NCBI GenBank assembly: GCA_037144015.1 | Contig: JBAWXQ010000002.1 | Location: 1 to 46,244 of the forward strand | Direction of reading: 5' to 3' | DNA length: 46,244 nt | Source: a bacterium | GTDB taxonomy: Bacteria > Verrucomicrobiota > Kiritimatiellia > RFP12 > CAIWXQ01 | In this document: piece by piece, positions 1 to 7,466 of the stretch | Position numbering within the stretch: the first letter of the stretch is position 1 | How the letters are laid out: each line of letters begins with the position of its first letter | Made by a program: the position numbers and the translations under genes | Notes under the pieces: generated by a model | Databases searched by the model: none | What the model was told of the DNA's origin: nothing | The model's input: only the letters and a program-made list of their open reading frames with translations

Positions 1-913
1 TCCCCTGCTGTTTCAACGTCAGATTCAACTGTTGACTGGTGAAAACCCCGAAGATCGCCATGCCACCCGCCAGCGCGCCGATGCCGGCGATCAGGTAGAA
101 ATACCAGTAGAATCTGCAGGAGAATGACTCTTTGCCAATCGACTTGATCTTAGCGAAAAAGCCTTCGTACTTCTCTTCTTCCGGCGGAGGAGGATAAGAC
201 CCTTCCTTCACGCGCAGGCACATGATTCCCATGCCAATGAAATAGAGAATGGCCGCACCCGTGATGATCGGACGGAAGTAGGGGACCGAATGCTCGAACA
301 GAAACCAGTTATACACCCCGCTGGCGATGCTGCCCACGATCTTGAAATACCCATTGAAACGGCCCAGCATCTGGGGCGGCACGACATCATTGAAAAGGTA
401 CCAGTACACACAGTTGACGAATTGATCGAAGAATTGGAAGGACACCATAAAGAAGACGATCACCGCGACGGTAAGCGTGGCGGGCGTAAACGTGTGCGCA
501 AACGGCATCACGTGCTGGAGCCAGGCCCCAATCTCCCCGCTCCAGCCGATGCAGGCGAGGCTCAGGGCCTGAAACGGCAGGGTGTACCAGATGAACGGAA
601 TACGCCGGCCACGGGGACTGCGGTAGCGATCGCTCTTGTAACTAACCACGGTCCCCACCGTGATGTCAAAGATTCCCGGGATGGTGGTCATCACCAGGGA
701 CATCAACATGTTGGAGACGCCCAGATCCTTCAACTTCAGGGGCAGGATGTTGGGCAGCACGATCTCCATCATGGAGAAACAGAAATCACCCCACAGCAGC
801 CACCCGAACAGCGCGATCAGCGTCTTCCGCGTGTAGACTAGCGAGCCGCAGCGGTAAGTAGGTGCTGCGGAAGGTGAGGTTTCAGGACTTTGCTCGTGGG
901 GGGCTGCTGTCAA
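1..913 (-). CDS. MFS sugar transporter (3' part runs off the window)
   Basis: Not in the ORF track. Manual translation from TTG at 913 (GGAG 9 nt upstream, in-frame TGA just before) gives ...TYRCGSLVYTRKTLIALFGWLLWGDFCFSMMEIVLP... and ...MAIFGVFTSQQLNLTLKQQG at the window edge. Clear paralogue of the MFS at 7463-9964. Confidence 0.85.
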   Translation of the reverse strand, partial: MTAAPHEQSPETSPSAAPTYRCGSLVYTRKTLIALFGWLLWGDFCFSMMEIVLPNILPLKLKDLGVSNMLMSLVMTTIPGIFDITVGTVVSYKSDRYRSPRGRRIPFIWYTLPFQALSLACIGWSGEIGAWLQHVMPFAHTFTPATLTVAVIVFFMVSFQFFDQFVNCVYWYLFNDVVPPQMLGRFNGYFKIVGSIASGVYNWFLFEHSVPYFRPIITGAAILYFIGMGIMCLRVKEGSYPPPPEEEKYEGFFAKIKSIGKESFSCRFYWYFYLIAGIGALAGGMAIFGVFTSQQLNLTLKQQG

Positions 914-967
914 TTCTTGTCACTCCATTTCATCGAACGCTTGTAACTACTCAGTTACGAATTTCGT

Positions 968-2968
968 TCAAAGTCTGACAATTTCCACGCCAAACGGCTC
1001 GAGCGTGATCTCGGAACCGGCTTTCCCCTTCCCCGGCATCCGGACACTGTTGGCAGGCACGGTCACCTTCTGCCTCTCCTCGGTATGGTTGACCAGAAAG
1101 AGGAGCCGGCGGCCTTTACCTTCGCGCACGGTAGCCTCAACGCCTGCCGGCGGCTCAACCGTCCGCTTCAATCCGCCAAGCCTGCAGACCTCAACCATGA
1201 GACGCTGGTAGAATTCCGGCTCCTTCACAACCGTTCCGATGTAGAAAGCCGATCCCTTTCCAAACTTATTAACGGTTGCCGCGGCATAGCTGTTTGAATA
1301 CCAAGCTCCGTGACGCGCGAGCACGCTGGCCTTGCCGGGAACGATCCAGTCGGCAAACCCCGTTGCGGTAAAGACCCCCTCGACCGGACCACAACCGTTC
1401 ACAGGATAGTCCGCCGCAATGGTCTCGTATTCCGGTATCTCGATGCCAAGAACCTTACGAAGCGCATTGGGCAGTGTTTCCATCGGAATGAGCCCGGTCT
1501 CGTCCTTGACTGCGGTACGCACGTCCGTAACGAGGATGCCTCCGGAACGCACGAAACTCTCGATCCGCTTCGCAACGGGTTCAGGAAGAACATACAGGTG
1601 CGGGGCAACCAGCACGCGATACTTGCTGAAGTCCGCATCCTTGCTGATCACATCCGCGTTGAATCCAAGCTTTTGAAGCGCCACATGATAGCGCAGGAGC
1701 GCATCCGCATACCGCGTGTTGGCAGGATAAGCCGGCTGTGCCTCAAAGGCCCAGATGGAATCGTAGTCATACATGATGGCAACGCCGGGCTTGAGCGTGG
1801 TCCCGGCGAGGTCCGGCCACAACTTGTGGAGTTCACCGGCAGTCTTCGCGGCCTCCTTGTAGCGCCGCCCCGCCTTGCCGTCGTGCCCCAGCAACCCGTG
1901 CCAGTACTGCTCGCGGCCGGCTGTGCAGGAGCGCCAGCGGAACCAGACAATGCCGTCGGCGCCGTGCGCCACCTGGTGCAGCGCGATCTTGCGCAGCTCA
2001 CCCGGACGCAGGTTGCGCTGCATGGCACCCCACCCCAGCGGGCCGGCCGCCGTCTCCATGATCCAGAAGTTCTTCCCGCGCACGCCGCGCATCACGTCCG
2101 CGGCCAGCGCGCAGTCCTGGTTGATAGCCAGGTTCGGCTCGCCCCGCACGGGGTAGTTGTCCCAGGAGACAAAGTCCAGGTCGCGCCCCAGGTCGAAGTA
2201 GTTCACGCTCGACGCCAGTCCCATCAGATTGTGGGTGATGAACTGCTTTGGACAATGCTGACGCAAGATCTTGACTTGTTCATGCTGGAACCGCACGGCG
2301 CTGTCGCTGCAGAAACGCTTCCAGTCCAGATAGAGGCTGGGGTTGTCAAAATCAGATCGCACCGAGATGGGAATCTCGGCCCAATCGCCATAGATGTGGT
2401 TCCAGAAGTGGGTGCCCCACGCACGGTTGAGCTCCTCCAGCGTCTTGTATTTCGCGCGCAGCCAATCCTGGAAGGCGCGGCCACAGAGGTCGCAGTGGCA
2501 CAGGCCCCCGGTGAATTCGTTGTCGGTCTGCCAGCCGATCACATTCGAGTTGCCCGCGTAGTGCTCCGCCATGGCGTGCGTGATGCGCTCGGAGAGCCGG
2601 TTGAACGACCCGCTGGAAAAACAGGCATTCTGGCGGATGCCATAAACGGTCTTCAGCCCGTCCTTGCCGCTGCTGACGGTCTCCGGATACTTGCGGGCCA
2701 CCCAAGGGGGCATGGAAGCCGTGGGCGTGCCGAGGACCACGGAGATGCCATGCCGGCCGAGGATGGCGACCGCCCGGTCCAGCCAGTCGAACTCGTAGCA
2801 CCCCTCCGTCGGCTCCATTCTGGCCCAGGCGAACTCGGCCAAGCGCACGACATTGAAGCCCGCCTTCTGCATCAGCTTCGCATCGGTCTCCCAGCGCGCT
2901 TCGGGCCAGTGCTCGGGATAGTAGTCCGCGCCAATACGAAAGCATCCTGTCGATTCTGTCTTCTTCAT
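968..2968 (-). CDS. Beta-galactosidase, GH42
   Basis: GADYYPEHW, VVRLAEFAW, WQTDNE (acid/base), FWIMET (nucleophile), WFRWR...EQYWHG, CxCxxC Zn site and C-terminal trimerisation domain; no signal peptide. Confidence 0.93.
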   Translation of the reverse strand: MKKTESTGCFRIGADYYPEHWPEARWETDAKLMQKAGFNVVRLAEFAWARMEPTEGCYEFDWLDRAVAILGRHGISVVLGTPTASMPPWVARKYPETVSSGKDGLKTVYGIRQNACFSSGSFNRLSERITHAMAEHYAGNSNVIGWQTDNEFTGGLCHCDLCGRAFQDWLRAKYKTLEELNRAWGTHFWNHIYGDWAEIPISVRSDFDNPSLYLDWKRFCSDSAVRFQHEQVKILRQHCPKQFITHNLMGLASSVNYFDLGRDLDFVSWDNYPVRGEPNLAINQDCALAADVMRGVRGKNFWIMETAAGPLGWGAMQRNLRPGELRKIALHQVAHGADGIVWFRWRSCTAGREQYWHGLLGHDGKAGRRYKEAAKTAGELHKLWPDLAGTTLKPGVAIMYDYDSIWAFEAQPAYPANTRYADALLRYHVALQKLGFNADVISKDADFSKYRVLVAPHLYVLPEPVAKRIESFVRSGGILVTDVRTAVKDETGLIPMETLPNALRKVLGIEIPEYETIAADYPVNGCGPVEGVFTATGFADWIVPGKASVLARHGAWYSNSYAAATVNKFGKGSAFYIGTVVKEPEFYQRLMVEVCRLGGLKRTVEPPAGVEATVREGKGRRLLFLVNHTEERQKVTVPANSVRMPGKGKAGSEITLEPFGVEIVRL

Positions 2969-2999
2969 GCTTCCTCCGTAAGTGCTTACCTTACACCTG

Positions 3000-3083
3000 T
3001 CGGTTGACGCGTACGGGCGACGATTACAGAATACGAAGGGAGTCTCTTAATCGTCCACCGTAATCGTCGCCCGTAATCGTCCG
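3000..3083. repeat. Stand-alone hairpin related to the four-helix-bundle cassette ends
   Basis: Perfect 16-bp inverted repeat TACGGGCGACGATTAC (3012-3027) / GTAATCGTCGCCCGTA (3060-3075); begins TCGGTTGACGCGTACGG exactly as at 40714. Confidence 0.85.
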
Positions 3084-3099
3084 CGGAGCCACCGCGAGT

Positions 3100-3207
3100 T
3101 CACGTTCCAGCGGGGCCGAACATGCGATCAATCTCGCGCCGGGCAATTTCCACCGCGCGCCGGGGTTTCTCCAGGTTGCCGTGCATGGTATACACATCCC
3201 TAACTAC
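3100..3207 (-). pseudogene. C-terminal remnant of a probable URO-D-like/methyltransferase protein
   Basis: Reads VVRDVYTMHGNLEKPRRAVEIARREIDRMFGPAGT*, resembling the end of URO-D-like proteins (D-x-x-T...R-x-x-E-I-A-R); in-frame stop shortly upstream. Confidence 0.4.
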
Positions 3208-3276
3208 TCGGGTAGTCGGAATTCAGAATTCAGTCAAACCGCCGGCCGGTGGCCGGATAGAGCGAGGCATGAGACA

Positions 3277-3330
3277 TCGTCCTCGTCGTCGTCCTCGTCC
3301 TCGAACGGCGAATGTCGAGGACGAGGACGA
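3277..3330. repeat. Hexamer-repeat hairpin (TCGTCC)n / (GGACGA)n
   Basis: TCGTCC TCGTCG TCGTCC TCGTCC TCGA, then perfect 16-bp inverted repeat 3289-3304 / 3315-3330 with a 10-nt loop. Confidence 0.85.
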
Positions 3331-3398
3331 GAGCGACTGGCTCTTAATCGTAACTCTTTGATGACAAATGCGTTGCGCCTCTATAGATGAGCGGACTC

Positions 3399-5702
3399 TC
3401 ACCGGTCCGTAATATCCTCGAATGACGATTCCGGGTCGCCGCACATCCGGTCGCGCTGGTAAAACTGGTCCTTGCCGATCGCCTTGCGGCTCTTCCGCGT
3501 GACAAACAGTTTCACCACCGCACAGTTGATGTAGTCCGGCAGGGGCACCGCGATGAACGTGCCGTCGAACTTGACCGGCACCTCGCGCCACGTCAGGTCA
3601 CCCGGATACATGATGCCAACCTTCCCGACATCGTGCCCGCGCTGTACCCGGAAAAGCGCATACGGGGTTTTGGCGTACTTCATCTGGTCACCGGCATCCA
3701 CGTTCTTATTGATAATGCCCGCGACATATCCATCTGCCACGGTGAAGAGTTTGCCGATCGACCCCTTGGGCGCACGCAGCGGATCCTGCTCGAAACACAG
3801 CACCCGGCGCCCAAACTGCGCGAAGATCGGCAGATACCGCTGATAGAGCACACCTTCCTCATCCGTCGGCTTGTACGAACAGGTCGGGTAGCAGCCGTGC
3901 AGCACGCAGCGGCGCAGGCATTCGTCCGGGCTCATGCCGGAATTCGAGCCCCACATGTAGAAGAGGGGGTTTGCGATGGACGCCCAGAAGAACTTCTCCT
4001 CGTACATGTCGCCATCGCCCTCGAGCAGCTGGCCGTCGCAGTAGCGCATGGAGCGGATGCTCATGGGCTTGTTGGCGAACGACGTGAGGTTCCGCGGCTT
4101 CATGATCTTGGTCTTGATGATGCGCTCGATCTCGTCGTAGCTGTGGTTCATGCTGTAGCAGGGCTTGCCGTTGACCACGGTCGTGCCGTCGTCGTGCGCG
4201 AAGTCGATCTCGTAGTGCCGGAAACAGTCCAGGAAGAAGCCGTCCAGCAGACTGCCGTAGTCGTCGAAGATCTTCCTGGCCGACTCAATGGTGAACTTCC
4301 CGAATGACCAGCGCGGATCGGCGTTCATGTTGTGGCTCATGTACCAGCCGCTGGGCATGGGGGAACCGTCCTCGTTCCTGGCGATGGAGTCGGGGAAGTT
4401 CTTTTCAACATACGGCCGGTAGCCGTCGGTGTAGTTGAAGTACCAGTGGTTGGAAATGCCGTGCTTCTTCAGCGTGGCGAGCCGACGCTTCAGGTCGGCG
4501 CGCTCGTGGTACCAGGAGGCTCGGAAGGCGTCGCCGGCGGAATCGGCGCCGGCCTCGGGCTTGAAGCCGCAGGCGACCAGGCATTCCTCCGCGGTGTGGC
4601 TGGCGATATACTCCTCCGACACCTCGGGCGTAACCTCCTCGGCCTTGCGCCCCTCCGCGACAGCCTGGCGGCGCAGCGCCTGCCAGAGCGCTTCCTTGCT
4701 GCGGGGCCAGCGGTCCTTTCCGTCCTGGTAGTAGTCGCCGTAATGCTCGAAGTGGCCGTGGACCTCAAAGGTCTTGAGTCCGCAGGCGGTCAGCTTTTCG
4801 ACGTGCTCGTCCACATAAGCGGTGCCGCAGAGGAAGGTGCCTTCGCGGTCATAGATGGCCTTGTTGAAGGGATCGAAGAACTCCTGCCAACGTTTGTAGA
4901 CCTGGCCCAGCCCCGGGCGCCAGTCGCCCGCATGGAAGAAGAGCATGACCTTGGTCTTCATCGGACGGTCCTTGACGAGGCCGATGTAGTAGTTCACCGC
5001 CTCAAGCACCGGCGCGGTCCTGGCGTCCTTCGCCATAGAGCCCCAGTTGTAGCACTTCTCCATGTTGTTGAAACCGAACTTGGCCGCGGGCACATTGGCG
5101 TCGATCGGCTCGACCATGGAGTAGCCGACGCCGAGTTGCCGGCTATAGTGGCTGACCATGGGCAGGATGATCTCCTGCTCCGAGACATACGGGATCTGGG
5201 TGTACATGAACTCGAAGGGGGTCATGCCGTCGAAGGCCTGTTCGCCCCACTTGCACGGCGCCCAGACGTTCCAGCCGGCGATGAGCGGGAACATGAAGTA
5301 GACGCGCAGCGACCGGTCGGCCACCTTCTGGTTGTTTTTCCGCGCCGCCACTTCCCAGTGGAAGGAATCCGCCTCCATGCGCAGGGTGACCTTCAGCGTG
5401 AAGGGCGCCCCCTGAAAACGCTTGTCGAATGAAATCGCCTGGCCCCGCTTTTTCAGGTTGCGAACCAGGGGTTTCGATTCCAGGTCGCTGTACATCACGC
5501 GGTCGTGCTCGTCGTAGACCCGGAGGCCGCCGACGTAGCCGGGGATTCCGCCGCGCACCTGCTGAAAAAGGTCTACGTTGTTATTGCGCCAGGTGCAGCC
5601 GCGAATCAGGCCGGTGGTTTTCTCCACGGCAATCCGGGCATCGGCGTTTGCGATGAATACGCAAGTGTCTTTGGAGAGTTGGAACGGTGTCTTGGTTTTC
5701 AT
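3399..5702 (-). CDS. Hypothetical protein, probable glycoside-hydrolase-like (beta-sandwich + TIM barrel)
   Basis: 767 aa with coding-like GC3 bias; aromatic-rich; GFFLDCF motif reminiscent of barrel nucleophile strands; no signal peptide. Family not recognised. Confidence 0.7.
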   Translation of the reverse strand: MKTKTPFQLSKDTCVFIANADARIAVEKTTGLIRGCTWRNNNVDLFQQVRGGIPGYVGGLRVYDEHDRVMYSDLESKPLVRNLKKRGQAISFDKRFQGAPFTLKVTLRMEADSFHWEVAARKNNQKVADRSLRVYFMFPLIAGWNVWAPCKWGEQAFDGMTPFEFMYTQIPYVSEQEIILPMVSHYSRQLGVGYSMVEPIDANVPAAKFGFNNMEKCYNWGSMAKDARTAPVLEAVNYYIGLVKDRPMKTKVMLFFHAGDWRPGLGQVYKRWQEFFDPFNKAIYDREGTFLCGTAYVDEHVEKLTACGLKTFEVHGHFEHYGDYYQDGKDRWPRSKEALWQALRRQAVAEGRKAEEVTPEVSEEYIASHTAEECLVACGFKPEAGADSAGDAFRASWYHERADLKRRLATLKKHGISNHWYFNYTDGYRPYVEKNFPDSIARNEDGSPMPSGWYMSHNMNADPRWSFGKFTIESARKIFDDYGSLLDGFFLDCFRHYEIDFAHDDGTTVVNGKPCYSMNHSYDEIERIIKTKIMKPRNLTSFANKPMSIRSMRYCDGQLLEGDGDMYEEKFFWASIANPLFYMWGSNSGMSPDECLRRCVLHGCYPTCSYKPTDEEGVLYQRYLPIFAQFGRRVLCFEQDPLRAPKGSIGKLFTVADGYVAGIINKNVDAGDQMKYAKTPYALFRVQRGHDVGKVGIMYPGDLTWREVPVKFDGTFIAVPLPDYINCAVVKLFVTRKSRKAIGKDQFYQRDRMCGDPESSFEDITDR

Positions 5703-5762
5703 GGTGCGGTCGGCGTCCTTCCGGTGGAATTATCCACGCGCTACGTGATCCGGTGCGTGCTG

Positions 5763-7466
5763 TTACGTCAACGGGAAAGCGTCGGGGAAAGAGAGATTGG
5801 CAATGGCGCGCTGCCCGGCGGGGCTGGCCCGGAGGCGCGTCAGGTTGCGGATGAAGCGCTCGACATAGCGGGACATCCGCCCCAGCGTGGGCCGGTCCGC
5901 GGGGAAGACCCCGCGCTCGATGCCATACTGCATGAGCAGGTATGAACTCCAGTCGCGCACCAGCAGAATGTATTCGGCGAAGTCCTGGTAGCCGTCGTGG
6001 ATCTCGCCGTAGAGCGCCGACGACATGGCGTCGCGCGCCACCTCCAGCGCCGCGAGGTGGGCGCAGGCGCCGTCATAGGCGGCGTGCTTCATCGCGATCA
6101 GGCCCTCGAGCAGCTCGCGCGTCGGCTTGGCCATGGCGTAGGGGAAGTCGGGCTGGATGAAGCCGTCGAAGGTCCAGTACAGCTTGGTGGTGTGCAGCGA
6201 GGCGAAGGGCATGCGGTTCTGGATGCCGCGGCCCCACTGGATGCCCTCGCTGGCGAGCCGGTCCGCATCGAGCAGGGCGTCGACCACGACCTGCGGCTGC
6301 GGCGCGCCGAACTCCTGCTCCAGCCAGGCCGCCACCAGCGCGGCATCGCTGCGTGCGTCGCCCTTGGCGAGCTGCTCGAGCAGCCAGGTGTTCATGCGTC
6401 CAAGGTTGCCCTTTTCCGGATCGAGGCTGCGGTCGTTGTTCTCGACGTTGATCGGCAGCGACATGTATCCGCTGAGGCGGTGGTCGCGCGCCGCCTCATA
6501 GCCTTGGCGGATGTGCTTGATCTTGCACCACGGCCAGGGCTTCTTGTGGTACATCTCGAAGGATACCTCGATGATCTGCTCGCGCTCGGCCGGATAGCGG
6601 CCGAGCACGTGCGTCAGCGGGCTGCTGTCGTGGATGTCCATGCGTGTCGACTTGTACATCACCGGCACGTCGGCGGGCAGCAGTTTGAACAGCGCCGGCA
6701 GCACCGTCGCCGGGTCGTTGTACGGCTTGCCGACCGGGCAGAGGTAGCGGGTCGCGTCCTTCAGGCCGGTCAGCTCCTCGGCGAGGCGGTGGCCGTCACG
6801 GTAGTATTCCTCGGGGAAGTTGCGCCACCACAGGCGGCAGCAGACCTTGGCGGCGCTGCCCGCCTGGCGGATGCCCTCGCGCGCCGCCGCGATGTTTCTG
6901 GCCAGGCGCTCGGCCACCGGCATCTTCGCCTCGACCATGCACCAGTAGGTGGTGGCGATGTCGCCGGTGGTGATGATGAACATGCCGACCTCGGGGAAGG
7001 CCTCGGCGATCTCGCGGTACTTCGCCTGCATCAGCGTCCAGGTCGCCGGGTTGTCCGGATCGAAGCGGGTGTGCAGGTCGATGGTGCCATCCTGGGTCGG
7101 GCGCCTGTAGATGCCGACGAACTCTGGGTATTCCCGCTCGAAGACCAGGGGCAGCATCGGCTCGTAGAAATGGATGACCGGCTTGAGGCCCAGTGTCAGG
7201 GCGCGGGCGCACATGGCGCGGATGTGCTGGCGCAGCGGCTCGATCCATACGCTGTCGGCGCCATGGCGGATGGCCGCGACCTTGGGATAGGCGTCGAAGT
7301 AGATCGGGAATTCGTCCATGTCGCGGCCGCTGACCGGATCGCGCGCGAACCACAGGTGCGAGCACGGACCGACCGAGTAGATCACGGCCATGTTGGAGCC
7401 CACGCGGGCCGCCTGTTCCAGCGCGGCGGGCGACGGGGCATAATGAATGCGGTATTTGAAGTTCAT
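5763..7466 (-). CDS. Hypothetical protein, remote GH67-like TIM barrel
   Basis: 567 aa; ATGA overlap with the upstream MFS stop; YKSTRMDIHDSSP...QIIEVSFEMY loosely recalls the GH67 K-x-G-P-x-D-F...L-E-x-Q-I-T-Q-E-Y segment. Confidence 0.65.
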   Translation of the reverse strand: MNFKYRIHYAPSPAALEQAARVGSNMAVIYSVGPCSHLWFARDPVSGRDMDEFPIYFDAYPKVAAIRHGADSVWIEPLRQHIRAMCARALTLGLKPVIHFYEPMLPLVFEREYPEFVGIYRRPTQDGTIDLHTRFDPDNPATWTLMQAKYREIAEAFPEVGMFIITTGDIATTYWCMVEAKMPVAERLARNIAAAREGIRQAGSAAKVCCRLWWRNFPEEYYRDGHRLAEELTGLKDATRYLCPVGKPYNDPATVLPALFKLLPADVPVMYKSTRMDIHDSSPLTHVLGRYPAEREQIIEVSFEMYHKKPWPWCKIKHIRQGYEAARDHRLSGYMSLPINVENNDRSLDPEKGNLGRMNTWLLEQLAKGDARSDAALVAAWLEQEFGAPQPQVVVDALLDADRLASEGIQWGRGIQNRMPFASLHTTKLYWTFDGFIQPDFPYAMAKPTRELLEGLIAMKHAAYDGACAHLAALEVARDAMSSALYGEIHDGYQDFAEYILLVRDWSSYLLMQYGIERGVFPADRPTLGRMSRYVERFIRNLTRLRASPAGQRAIANLSFPDAFPLT

